Source: an uncultured Gemmatimonadaceae bacterium
Lineage (GTDB): Bacteria > Gemmatimonadota > Gemmatimonadetes > Gemmatimonadales > Gemmatimonadaceae
Reading direction: 5' to 3'
DNA: 64,000 nucleotides
Assembly: GCA_963817955.1 (NCBI GenBank)
Contig: CAWFQK010000004.1
Coordinates: forward strand, 1,152,001 to 1,216,000
The translations under genes were made by a program, and so were the position numbers. The notes beneath the pieces are model-generated. The model was not told the origin of the DNA. It did no database searches and was given only the letters and a program-made list of their open reading frames with translations. Positions 49,358-60,300 of this stretch are shown piece by piece (position 1 is the first letter of the stretch; each line of letters opens with the position of its first letter).

Positions 49358-50311
49358 TTACGCGGAAGCTTTGGCGGCGCGCTCGGCGCGAACATTGGTC
49401 AGCCAGCCGTACGGGTCTTCCGTCGCCCCGCGGACGAGGTCGAGGAAGTGCTGCTGAATCTGTGTCGTGATGGGCCCGCGGCGGCCCGCGCCGACCTGAA
49501 TGCGGTCGACGCTGCGCACGGGCGTGACTTCCGACGCCGTGCCAGTGAGGAAGATCTCGTCCGCCGTGTACAGGAACTCGCGCGGCAACTCCTGCTCGCG
49601 CACCGGAATGCCCATGTCCTGCGCGAGCGCGATGACCGTGTTGCGTGTGATGCCGTGCAGCAGCGTGCCGTTGATGGTTGGCGTGTACAGCGTGCCCTTG
49701 TGGACGAAGAACACATTCTGTCCGGAGCCTTCGCTGATCATGCCGCCTGGCGTCAGGGCGATGCCCTCGGCGTAGCCATTGCGCAACGCCTCCATCTTGA
49801 CGAGCTGGCCGCTCAGATAGTTGCCGGCCACCTTCGCCATGGTGGGAATGGTGTTCGGCGCCATGCGCGCCCACGTCGAGACGCAGGCATCGACGCCGTT
49901 CTCCAGCGCGCCCTCGCCGAGGTACGCGCCCCACGGCCAGCACGGGATGTAGACCTCCACCGGGCTGTCACCCGGGACCATGCCAGACGCGCCATAGCCG
50001 CACAGCACCATGGGGCGGATGTAGCACGAATCAACGTTGTTGCGTTCGACAACCTCGCACGCCGCGGCGACGAGCTCGTCGATCGAGTACTTCACGTCCA
50101 TCCGGTAGATCTTGCAGGTGTCGAGTAGCCGCTGGAGGTGATCTTCGAGACGGAAGATCGCTGGACCACGCGGGGTGCTATAGCATCGAATGCCTTCAAA
50201 TGCGGCGGAACCGAACTGCATCGAATGCGCGAGCACGTGGACGGTTGCATCTTGCCAGCGGATGAACTCGCCGTCGCGCCAGATCCACTCGGTCTCGTTG
50301 AGCTTGGCCAT
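49358..50311 (-). CDS. ilvE: Branched-chain amino acid aminotransferase
   Basis: FEGIRCY, YIRP, AKVAGNY, EGSGQN, LHGITR and FLTGTASEV. Confidence 0.95.
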   Translation of the reverse strand: MAKLNETEWIWRDGEFIRWQDATVHVLAHSMQFGSAAFEGIRCYSTPRGPAIFRLEDHLQRLLDTCKIYRMDVKYSIDELVAAACEVVERNNVDSCYIRPMVLCGYGASGMVPGDSPVEVYIPCWPWGAYLGEGALENGVDACVSTWARMAPNTIPTMAKVAGNYLSGQLVKMEALRNGYAEGIALTPGGMISEGSGQNVFFVHKGTLYTPTINGTLLHGITRNTVIALAQDMGIPVREQELPREFLYTADEIFLTGTASEVTPVRSVDRIQVGAGRRGPITTQIQQHFLDLVRGATEDPYGWLTNVRAERAAKASA

Positions 50312-50406
50312 GAAATCCTCGGAGTAGGCGTCCCTGCCCAGTTCGGGCGGGCGGTCTGAGAAATATGGCGAAATACCGGACAGAGCGCGAACTGCGTGTG
50401 TCCCGC

Positions 50407-50805
50407 TTACACTCCGTCCGGGCGCTCAGTGCGACGACCAGCAAGCCACTCGATAGCCGCCAAGAGCCGCGGGATGGGAATGGGCTTCTGGAACACGAGC
50501 CAGCGCCCCGGTGCCCCGGAGAGGTCCCAGAACTCGTCGGTCCAGCCACTCACGTACAACGTAGGGCGGTCACCGATGCGCGCACCGATCTCTCGGGCGA
50601 GCTCGGCGCCGTCGGCGTCGGGAAGCGCAATGTCGAGCACCAGCACATCAATGGCGCCCTCGAGCCGGTCGAGCACGGCAAGGGCAGCCGCGCGGCTGCT
50701 TGCAGTCTCCACGTCGAAACCGTGGCCGCGAAGAATCTCGTCATACGCCGAGCAGATTTCCGGGTCATCGTCGACAACCAGAACGCGTACTTGCGGCTCA
50801 GTCAC
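50407..50805 (-). CDS. Single-domain response regulator
   Basis: VLVVDDD, VLDIALPDADG, YVSG and FQKP. Confidence 0.9.
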   Translation of the reverse strand: MTEPQVRVLVVDDDPEICSAYDEILRGHGFDVETASSRAAALAVLDRLEGAIDVLVLDIALPDADGAELAREIGARIGDRPTLYVSGWTDEFWDLSGAPGRWLVFQKPIPIPRLLAAIEWLAGRRTERPDGV

Positions 50806-50973
50806 TCAGCGAAAGGCAGGAGATTAGGCATGATCTAGAACACAGCGTGACACGCACAGCAAAGTCTAGTGAGGAGCGACCGAATCGTGCCACCTCTGAA
50901 TCGTACTGGCGCTGAACGTTCGCCCAGGAATTGACGTATACAGTGTGAAGCCCTACGACAATTCGGAGCGCAC

Positions 50974-52011
50974 GTGTTTCCCAAGAGACTGCATACATCG
51001 CACGCTATTCGTGGCGTGTTTCTCCTCGCGGCCGCGGCGGGGTTCGGCGGCCTCACTGCTGCCGCTCGTCCAGTATCACGCTTTGCCCCTGGACTGTCGT
51101 TTCGCATCAACGCCTCCACGCGTATCTATCCCGGCGACATACCGCGCGGCACCGAAGACGAAGTGATGCGCGGTCGCGGGATCGCGGCCGACCGCCGCGC
51201 ACGGATCGAGTTCCTCGCCTTCACGCCGGCGCCGCAGGGCGTTACGACCGACGACTACCTCATTGCGGCCGATTCCGGTAAGGCGTTCGTACAGCACCCG
51301 AGCGGCAGCAGCTTCACGCCGGCGAACGACAGGTTCGGCGGACCGGCGGTCATTGCGCTGTCCAGGATTCTCGGCGGCGGACGTGGCGGTGGCGGCGGGG
51401 CGGGTCGTTCGGACTCGACGGGCGGCGGAGCTCGGGCCGGTGGCGCTGGGCGGGGTGGTTTCGGGGGCCGTGGCGGCGGTGGCGGCCCGCCAGGAGGTGC
51501 TCGCGGTGGCCGTGGGCGTGGACGAGGTAGCCTTGGGGACTTCCTGAGCCAGATCCAGTTGCTCGACGTCAGCTTCAAGATCGAGAAGCTCGGCGGCGGC
51601 GACATGGTGGACGGCCGGCCGACGCAGCACTATCGCGTCACGAGCGACTACCGCGTGGTCTGGGGCGACCAAGGATTCCCGGCACACGCCGTGACCGAGA
51701 TCTGGACGTCGCAGTTGCCAACGCCCATCCCCAATCCGTTCGAGCCACTCATTGTGGCCGAGCAGTCCACCGATGGACCGCTGATCGAATACGCGCTCAA
51801 GCTGCGCGCCGTGCGTTCGCAGGTGGAGGGCACGCCGGTGAAGGTTGTCACGACCACAACGCTCGGGAATGTCCGCGATATCATCGGCTTCCAGAGTCTT
51901 CTCGGAAGCGATCCCACCGTGGACAAGCTCACGGTGGTGCAACAGACGCAGATCACGAACATCCAACCAGCGGAAGTGGATCTCAAACTGTTGACAGTGC
52001 CGGAGGCGTAG
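50974..52011 (+). CDS. Exported hypothetical protein with a long RGG-rich insert
   Basis: Signal-like N-terminus; ...RARIEF; about 50 aa of GGRG tract; VDGRPTQHYRV, TEIW. Confidence 0.75.
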   Translation: MFPKRLHTSHAIRGVFLLAAAAGFGGLTAAARPVSRFAPGLSFRINASTRIYPGDIPRGTEDEVMRGRGIAADRRARIEFLAFTPAPQGVTTDDYLIAADSGKAFVQHPSGSSFTPANDRFGGPAVIALSRILGGGRGGGGGAGRSDSTGGGARAGGAGRGGFGGRGGGGGPPGGARGGRGRGRGSLGDFLSQIQLLDVSFKIEKLGGGDMVDGRPTQHYRVTSDYRVVWGDQGFPAHAVTEIWTSQLPTPIPNPFEPLIVAEQSTDGPLIEYALKLRAVRSQVEGTPVKVVTTTTLGNVRDIIGFQSLLGSDPTVDKLTVVQQTQITNIQPAEVDLKLLTVPEA

Positions 52012-52395
52012 AGGGAACCGGGGCGCTGGACCGCGGCGGATGCTCTTCACCGAGATCAGGTGACATTGAGTCGTCGGACTCTGGTCGCTCGTCGTATTAG
52101 CTACGGGTGATGGGGAGGCCGGGGGATGATGACCGGCGATGGCGTCGTCGCGGTCGTAGACCCGCTCTTGATGTCTGACCAGCGCTCGTGGCGCCGCGAC
52201 GCCTCGGCCATCGCGGCCGCCGTCCGGCATCCGCCTGCGTCGCTGCGGCGGAGCGTTTCCAAGGTGCTGTCTTCGCGGTATTTCGTATGGCCTTCAGGTG
52301 GCCATGAGGACGCTGAAAAAGAACTGCACCACGGCGAGCGCCGGACGCGCCGGAGTAGAAAGCGAGCAACCGGCGTGAGACGTGTCGCAATTTCC

Positions 52396-53700
52396 GTCGG
52401 ACGCGACGGAATGGTCGTCGGACGCGACGGAAACGTCGTCGGGAATGACGGAATGGTCGTCGGGAATGACGGAATGGTCGTCGGAACCGACAGACTCGCG
52501 TTCGGAAGAATCGGAGCCTCGTTCAGACCGGTCGGTGTTTGCGTGAGAAGCGATGGTCTTGCGTGTCACGCGAGGGGTCCGTCCTCGACGCGAGCGCCTG
52601 CGCGCTTCACGATCGGGCGTGGGGCCTGCACAAGAGACGATTCCATCGGCTAGGTCAGCCATCCCTGCTGTTACGTCAGCCATCCCTGCTGAACGCGAGC
52701 GACTGGGTCCTGAACGCCGAGCCATTGCCTGTGGACGCGGACCCATTCCAGGTTGACCAGGATCTATTCCACGTCGACACGGGTCTATTCCACGTCGACG
52801 CGGGTGAGTCCCTCGTGGCATCGCGCGAGAGAGGCCTCAACGGCCGAGAGTCTGACGTTGACGGCGACGACTCCTCACGTGACGCCGGTCGATCCCTCCG
52901 GCACGGCGCGCAGTTGGTGGTGAGCACGCGGGCATCCGAGCTGAACGAGCCGGAAAGCCTCCTGGACGGCCGCGAGTCCGATGTTGACTGCGAGGAGTTC
53001 GTGCTTGCACGCGAGCCGTTCGTGCTTGACCGCGAGGGGTTCGTGCTTGACCGCGAGGGGTTCGTGCTTGACCGCGCGCCGTGCCATCTCACCACGGGCG
53101 AGTCACCCCTCGACGCGCGTGGGTTCCCCTCGACCGGAAGGACTCCGCCCTGACCGAGACGCACTCTCAGGTGGACGTCATGGCATCCCAGCGAACGGAG
53201 CGAGGATTGTGGGTGGACGCGCGGGAGAGGGGTGTTGACGAGAGACGGTCCGATGTGGGGCGAGCGGCATTCGGGCTCGACACCGGGGTGTTCCCTCTTG
53301 ACCGGAGTGACTCCGCCCTGAACAGCGGCTGGTGCGAGCTGGACACGCCGGAGTCCCTGCTCGACCGGCGCTCATTCCGTCTCGAGACAGCGAGGACTTC
53401 CACCTGCACACGCGTGAATTCGGTCGAGACAGCGAGGACTTCCACCTGCACACGCGTGAATTCGGTCGAGACAGCGAGGGATTCCCTATGAGCTGGCGTG
53501 GATCCCACCTGAACACGCGGGCATCCCCTCTGCGCGCCGACCGATTCCCTCTCGGCACGGTCGCATCCCCTGTGGGTACCGATCGATTCCCTCTCGACAC
53601 GCTCGCATCCCGTCGGAGTAGCGATCGATTCCCTCTCTACGTGCTCGCATCCGCTCGGGGCGCCAATCGATTCCTTGTCGCCGCCCGCTCGTCCCGCGAT
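52396..53700. repeat. Degenerate 21-bp (locally 42-bp) periodic array, roughly 60 units
   Basis: gtcgggaatgacggaatggtc x2, gttcgtgcttgaccgcgaggg x2-3, and a 42-bp duplication at 53382-53478; translates as (L/V)Dxxx(F/S)x heptads in shifting frames. Confidence 0.8.
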
Positions 53701-53993
53701 GATCGTAGTCCTATATATTAGTTTCGAAAACGAGGGCTCAGCGCAAGTGCCAATGTGACCGATTGACCAAAACCGACATCTCGTGAGCGTTTCAGCGTTA
53801 GGACTTAGTGGAGAGGGACGTCAGGCCCGCGTCCCCGAACCCGCGAGAAGGTCATTGAGGCGCTTACGCAAGAACTGCAAAGGTCACCAGCATCAGGGCG
53901 TCTGGCTCGCAAACCGGTAAAGCGGCGACCGGTACAGCGCGTGGATTGGGCTCCGGATGCTGACCGGCTGGATGTCGCTGGCTGCTCCGTAGC

Positions 53994-54174
53994 GGCGGTA
54001 GTGGACAGCGAACCAGGCACCCTGGTGCGCATGACCCGTATACTCACAACTCACCACTGATCACTGACCACTGTCACCCGTCTTCCCGATCGCTTGATCC
54101 TGCCTGGCCACGACCAGCCATCCCGTCGGCCGCCCATCACAGAGATCCTTCGCTTCGCTCAGGATGACAGCCAT
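53994..54174. repeat. Second copy of the dispersed intergenic element
   Basis: ccaggc(a/g)ccctggtgcgcatgacccgtatactcacaactcac matches 44013-44054; agatccttcgcttcgctcaggatgacagccat matches 44103-44129 inverted. Confidence 0.85.
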
Positions 54175-54229
54175 TGCTCAGGAAGCCAGGCCTCCCATAT
54201 CTCGTGTCTCCGAACCTTCGCGAAGATTA

Positions 54230-55690
54230 CTAATACCACCCGATCGGCTGCTCGTTGAGATTGATGTGCACCTGCTTGACGTGCAGGTACTCCTCGACGC
54301 CCCATTTGCCTAGTTCGCGGCCAATGCCGCTCTGTTTGTAACCGCCCCAGGGCGCTTCGACGAACGTGGGCTGCATGTGGTTCACCCATACGATGCCGGC
54401 GCGTAGGCGCTTCACCGTTCGCATCGCGCGAAAGATGTCGCGTGTCCAGACGGCGGCAGCCAGTCCGTAATCGCTGTCGTTGGCGATGCGAATTGCATCT
54501 TCCTCGTCGTCGAATGGAATGACGGCCGCCACCGGGCCAAAGATTTCCTCACGGGCGATGCGCGCCGAGTTGTCGACGTCATAGAAGATCGTCGGCTCCA
54601 CGAACAGGCCGGCGTCGAGTCTATCGCCACGGGCACGACCACCGCCAAGCGCGAGCTTCGCTTCGCCACGCCCAATCTGCTGGTACTGGAGCACGCGATC
54701 CAGCTGCTCGCGGCTCACCAGTGGTCCCATCTTCGTCTTGCGGTCTATCCCCGGGCCAAGCCGGATACCGCGCGCCTTCTCTACCATGGCGTCGAGGACG
54801 CGCTTGTAGATTGACCGCTCGACCAAGATACGACTACCCGCCGAGCACACCTCGCCCTGGTTGATGAACAGTCCGAACAACGCCCCGTCGACGCTCGCCT
54901 CGAAATCGGCGTCGGCGAACAAGATGTTGGGCGACTTGCCTCCGAGCTCGAGCGAAATCTTCTTGAGCGTGTCTGCCGCTCCGCGCATGATGCTCTTGCC
55001 AACCTCCGCGCTTCCCGTGAACGCAATCTTGTCGACGTCACGGTGCGTGGTCAGCGCAGCACCCGTGGCGCCGTATCCGGTGACCACGTTGACCACGCCG
55101 GGTGGCAGGCCAACTGACACGAACTGACGCGCCAACTCGAGGATCGTGAGCGGTGTCTGCTCGGCAGGCTTGAGCACGACAGTACACCCCGCGCAGATCG
55201 CCGGAGCAATCTTCCAGGCAGCCATGAGGAGCGGATAATTCCACGGAATGATCTGTCCGCACACGCCGATCGGTTCGCGCAGCGCCAGGCTCAGCGCATT
55301 GTCGGGCACCGGGACGACGTCGCCGTGGATCTTCGTTGCCAGGCCGCCATAGTACTCGAAGCACGTGGCGACGTCGGCAATGTCGAACTCCGACTCGACG
55401 ATCGGCTTGCCGTTGTTGATCGTCTCCAACTCGGCGAGCTCGCGCGCGCTGTCGCGCACCGCCTGCGCGAGGCGGAAGAGAATGCGGCCTCGCTCCTGCG
55501 CCGTTACGTCCTTCCACGGCGACGAATCGAACGCACGCCGCGCGGCGGCCACGGCTCGATCGACGTCGACACCGTCGCCGTCCGGAACGCGGGCGATGAC
55601 ATCCTGCGTCGCAGGGTTGATGACATCGATCAGGACGCGCGAGTGCGGCTCGGCGAACTGCCCGTCGATGTAGTGGCGCAGCGAAGTCAT
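54230..55690 (-). CDS. Aldehyde dehydrogenase (betaine/aminoaldehyde-type)
   Basis: IIPWNYP, KPAEQTP, FTGS, LELGGKSP, NQGEVCSAG, EEIFGP and GGYKQSG. Confidence 0.95.
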   Translation of the reverse strand: MTSLRHYIDGQFAEPHSRVLIDVINPATQDVIARVPDGDGVDVDRAVAAARRAFDSSPWKDVTAQERGRILFRLAQAVRDSARELAELETINNGKPIVESEFDIADVATCFEYYGGLATKIHGDVVPVPDNALSLALREPIGVCGQIIPWNYPLLMAAWKIAPAICAGCTVVLKPAEQTPLTILELARQFVSVGLPPGVVNVVTGYGATGAALTTHRDVDKIAFTGSAEVGKSIMRGAADTLKKISLELGGKSPNILFADADFEASVDGALFGLFINQGEVCSAGSRILVERSIYKRVLDAMVEKARGIRLGPGIDRKTKMGPLVSREQLDRVLQYQQIGRGEAKLALGGGRARGDRLDAGLFVEPTIFYDVDNSARIAREEIFGPVAAVIPFDDEEDAIRIANDSDYGLAAAVWTRDIFRAMRTVKRLRAGIVWVNHMQPTFVEAPWGGYKQSGIGRELGKWGVEEYLHVKQVHINLNEQPIGWY

Positions 55691-55810
55691 TCGGGATAGT
55701 GAAGAAGAAGACGCGACGACGGAATGTTTCAAGGAGTAAGTATTGCGGGATGGGATCCCGAGCGTCAGGTTGGACGCGTCCCGCCCAACCTCTTTTCTCC
55801 GGCCATTCCA

Positions 55811-57325
55811 ATGCGAGCTCGCACCATCCTCTCCGTGGTTCTCGCGACAGCCTCCGCTGCGACCTCTCTGGCCGCGCAGACGCGCCCCGTAAGCGGCGCC
55901 CGGCCTGGACGCCTCATCATCCGGAACGCCATCGTCGTGGACGGCAACGGCACGCCGGCCAAGGGACCGTTCGACATCGTTGTCCAGGGGACCACGATCA
56001 CGCAGATGGTGGCGCTCGACCCGGTGGCGCTCGCGCGCGGGGGCTCGAGCCGCCGTCCGCGCGCGGACGCGAACACTGCCGAGATCGACGCGACCGGCAA
56101 GTACGTGCTCCCGGGGCTGATCAACGTCCACGCGCACATGCAGGACGAGCGCGCCGGCACACCCCAGCCGATCGAGTACGAGTTCAAGATTTGGCTGGCT
56201 TGCGGCATCACGAGCGTGCGCGACGTTGGCAGCGACACGCGGAAGGCGCTCGCCTGGCGCGACTCCAGTTCGAAGGGCACGATAGCCGCGCCGCGAATCT
56301 TCATCTATCCGCAATTCGGCCGCCCGACCAACGCCGACTCGGCTCGCGCCCACGTGCGTGCGCTCAAGGCGATGGGCGTGGATGGCATCAAGCTGCTCGG
56401 CATCGATCGCGACATCATGCAGGCGATGGAAGACGAGGCGCACAAGGAAGGACTTCGCGTCGCCCACCACGTTGGCGTGGAAGAAACGACGGCCTGGGAC
56501 GACATCCATTTTGGCACGACGAGCATCGAGCACTGGTACGGCATTCCCGACGCCGCGATCCCCGACGGCGTGCAGAACTTTCCCTCGTCCTACAACTACA
56601 ACAACGAGACGGATCGTTTCCGCTGGGCGGGACACCTGTGGCGCGAAGCAGATCCGGCGCGCCTCTCGATGGTGCTCGACTCGATGGTGGCGCACCACGT
56701 CGCGTGGGTGCCGACGCTCGATATTTACGAGGCAAGCCGCGACCTGCAGCGCGCACGCACCCAGCCGTGGTTCGCCGACTATCTGCACCCCACGCTCGAG
56801 GACTACTTCCGGCCCGATCCGGCAAACCACGGATCGTACTTCATCGGCTGGACCTCGACGGACGAGACGTTCTGGAAGGAGAACTACCGGATCTGGATGA
56901 ACGCGGTACGTGACTTCGAGCGAAAGGGCGGCCTCGTGGGCGCTGGCGACGACGCAGGCTTCATCTACGAGATGTACGGCTTCGGCCTGCTGCGGGAGCT
57001 CGAGCTGCACCAGGAAGCCGGGTTCAACCCGATCAAGGTCATCCAGCACGCGACGTTCAACAACGCGCGCATCCTCGGCAAGGAGACGGAGCTGGGCCGC
57101 GTGCGCCAGGGATTCCGGGCCGACCTGATCGTGGTGAACGGGAATCCACTAGAGAACTTGAAAGTGCTCTATCCCACGGGCGTGGACGACATGAAGGACG
57201 GCAAGGCCGTGCACACCGGTGGCGTGGAGTGGACGATCAAGGACGGCATTCCCTACCACGGGCCAACGCTGATGAAGGACGTGAAAGAGATGGTCGCCAA
57301 GGCGAGAGCGGAACGGGCCAAGTGA
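55811..57325 (+). CDS. Secreted amidohydrolase family protein
   Basis: Signal peptide; IDATGKYVLPGLINVHAH; ELE; ADLIVVNGNPL. Confidence 0.9.
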   Translation: MRARTILSVVLATASAATSLAAQTRPVSGARPGRLIIRNAIVVDGNGTPAKGPFDIVVQGTTITQMVALDPVALARGGSSRRPRADANTAEIDATGKYVLPGLINVHAHMQDERAGTPQPIEYEFKIWLACGITSVRDVGSDTRKALAWRDSSSKGTIAAPRIFIYPQFGRPTNADSARAHVRALKAMGVDGIKLLGIDRDIMQAMEDEAHKEGLRVAHHVGVEETTAWDDIHFGTTSIEHWYGIPDAAIPDGVQNFPSSYNYNNETDRFRWAGHLWREADPARLSMVLDSMVAHHVAWVPTLDIYEASRDLQRARTQPWFADYLHPTLEDYFRPDPANHGSYFIGWTSTDETFWKENYRIWMNAVRDFERKGGLVGAGDDAGFIYEMYGFGLLRELELHQEAGFNPIKVIQHATFNNARILGKETELGRVRQGFRADLIVVNGNPLENLKVLYPTGVDDMKDGKAVHTGGVEWTIKDGIPYHGPTLMKDVKEMVAKARAERAK

Positions 57326-57338
57326 CGGACAAGTAGCA

Positions 57339-57366
57339 GGCGCGCCGGGCTTTCGCCCGGCGCGCC
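57339..57366. terminator. GC-rich hairpin between convergent genes
   Basis: ggcgcgccgggc-tttc-gcccggcgcgcc. Confidence 0.75.
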
Positions 57367-57378
57367 AGGAACGATCCG

Positions 57379-60300
57379 CTACCGATCCTTCATTGGTGCC
57401 AGGACAGAGACATCGCCCGGTGCAACGCGCACCACACGAAGCACCTGTGTCTGTTTCTGACCATTCACGTCGAGCACTACGCGATACTCGCCGGTCTCCA
57501 CGCTCTGGTTGGCGCCTCGGCCAAAGCCGCCCCCACCCCCGCCACCGCCGGCGCCGCGTCCGCCTGCGCCGCCGCGTCCCGCAGCCTCTTCGCGTTCCGG
57601 CGCCGTCGGGCTGCCCGTGGTATCCGCAGCCGCGATAGACTCAGCCGGCCGTGGATTGAATCCCGCAGGGAAGCCGGCCACGTTCACCGGACCCTCGGCC
57701 GCGCCGCGCCCGCCGCCAAACCCGCCCGCACCGCCTCGACCGCCGCCCGCGAATGTTTGATTGCCGGTGGCGACGAGATTCCATGACACGCGGTTCACGC
57801 CGGACACGTTCGTCCCAGTGAGCCGCGCGATGGTATCGCCCGCCGCGTTGACAATCATCACGTGTGGCGCCGAGGCCGCCGGCGCCGCGAGGCGATACTC
57901 GATGTCCGCGCCGCTCGAGCCGCCATCGCCCTTCCACGGCCGCTGCGCACGCGTCTCCGAGCCGGCCAGCATCTGGCCGGACGCGAATGCCACCGTCGGC
58001 GCGAACAGGTGGGCCGGCGCCGACAGCGCAGCCGCGGTCATCTGCTGCAGCGGTGCGACGTCGAGAATCTGCACGGCACGGCCATGCGTCGCGGCAATCA
58101 ACTCGTGATCGCGCGGGTGAATCTTGAGATCGAACACCGGCACCGTCGGTAGATTGCTCTCGAGTGGGAACCAGCTCTGCCCCTTGTTGAGCGACGCGAA
58201 AACACCCGTCTCAGTACCCGCATAGAGCAGATTCGCATTGACAGGATCTTCGCGAATCACATAGACACTGCCCGGCCGGTCGGTGGGCAGATTCGACGCG
58301 ATCGAGTGAAACGTCTTGCCAAAATCGTTCGAGACGAACAGGTAGGGCTTGAAGTCGTTGCGCCGGTGATTGTCGAGCGCGACATACACCGTGCCCAAAT
58401 CAAAGTGCGACGGCTCGACGCCACTGACCTGCGTCATCGACGGCACGCCAGCAAAGCGGTCACTGAGATCCTCCCAGCGGCCGCCATCGTTCCGCGTGAG
58501 CCAGACCTTGCCGTCGTCGGTACCGACGTAGAGCATCCCGGCGCGCATGGGCGATTCAGTCATGACGACGATCGTAGCGTTCTCTTCGGCGCCGGTTGCG
58601 TCTCGCGTGATGCCCCCCGATGCGTCGGAGGCCGCATTGCCCTCGGCATCGAACCCACTCGATACCCGGAGCCACGTGGGGTCGTGCGCCGTGAGGTCGG
58701 GCGAGATGGCAATAGGGTCGCGCCCTTTCTTCACCGATTTGAACACCTTCTCGGCGCCACTGTAGAATACGTTGGCATCGTGCTCGGATAGGAAGAACGG
58801 AGTGTTCCAGTTCCAGCGAAGCGCGACATTGGGATCGGACATATCGCGGTTCATGCGCACGCGAATGTCGGCGATCTGCTTTGATTGTTCCGCGGTGAGC
58901 TGCCCACCGGCCGCCTGCGCCTTGATCGCCGCAATCTGTCCACCGTACGTCGCGATGTTCACCGTGCGCGGACGGATGTTGAGGACTTCGCCGCTCACGA
59001 CGTTTCGGCGGGTGATGTTGCCGCCCTGGGACTCGTAGTACACGAGGTTCGGGTCGATCGGATCCTGCGCCGTATAGAGGCCGTCCGCGGCGTTCACCGC
59101 GAACCAATCCGTCATCTGCAACTGGCCGTTCCGCCGGCGACTCCACCCACACGAGGAGCCGTTGTCCTGCAGACCGCCGCACACGCGATACGGCACCTGG
59201 TAGTCGTAGCTGACGACGTAGAACTGGCCCATGGCCATGTTGTTCATTGAGTCGTACGTGCCGCCGCGATCCCAGGTCTGGAAGATTCCTGCGTCACCGC
59301 CAATGATGTAGTGCTCGGGATCGTTCGGATCGATCCACATGGCGTGATAGTCTTCATGGTTCCCGACCATGCCCGTGCGCCACGAGTACCCGCCATCATC
59401 AGAGAACTGAAAATCCACTGCCATGCGGTAGATGCGATTGGGATTCTTCGGATCCACCCGCACCTGCGAGAAGTAGAACGGCCGGTTGTCCACGGTGCTC
59501 ATCCACTTCCAGGTGCGGCCGGCGTCGTTCGAGCGGTACAGACCACTCAGCAAGCGCTGCGGTTTCGCTCCGCGCGCCGAATCCGCCTCCACCATCACAT
59601 AGACGATGTTCGGATCGCTGTGCGCGATCTGAATGTTCATGCGACCCTTTTCCGTTTCCGGAAAGCCGCCGCCCTTGATCTCGCGCCAGCTCTTCCCGCC
59701 GTCGGTCGTCTTCCAGAGCGCCGACCCCGGTCCCCCGCTCTTCAGAAAGTACGGTCCGCGCGACCGCTCCCAGGACGCGGCATACAGCGTGTTCGGATCC
59801 CGCGGGTCCATGGCCACGTCGATGAAGCCCGCCTTGTCGCTCACGAACTTGCTGAGCTGCCAGGTCTTCCCGCCGTCGACAGTCTTGTAGAGGCCACGCT
59901 CGGCATTCGACGACCATGTGGCGCCGACCGCTGCGACATAGGCAATGTCCGGATTGGTCGGATGAACGATGATGCGCCCGATGTGCTGGGTCTTCTCGAG
60001 CCCCAGCGACTGCCAGGTGATGCCGCCGTCGATGGACTTGTACATGCCCCACCCCGGCGCGACGCTGTTGCGCGAGTTCCCTTCCCCCGTGCCGGCGTAA
60101 ATGATCTTTGGATTGCTCGGCGCAATGGCGATGTCGCCCATCGACGCAATCGGGCCTTTCTCCCAGAGCGGGATGAACGTGGTACCGGCGTTGATCGTCT
60201 TCCAGATGCCGCCGGTGGCGCCAGTGACGTAGAACACTTTCGGGTTCTTGGGATCGCCTTCGACGTCGGTGATTCGCCCAGCCATGTTCACCGGGCCAAT

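Noticed and set aside
52396..53700. CRISPR array or intact single CDS
   Set aside because: No constant repeat plus spacer structure, and no one frame spans the region.
44013..54060. Significance of the exact 10,000-bp spacing, or a composite transposon between the repeat copies
   Set aside because: The copies differ, enclose ordinary metabolic genes and have no recombinase; the spacing is treated as coincidence.
55691..57049. 939-aa ALDH fusion
   Set aside because: The extension is antisense to the amidohydrolase gene; the ALDH starts at 55690.
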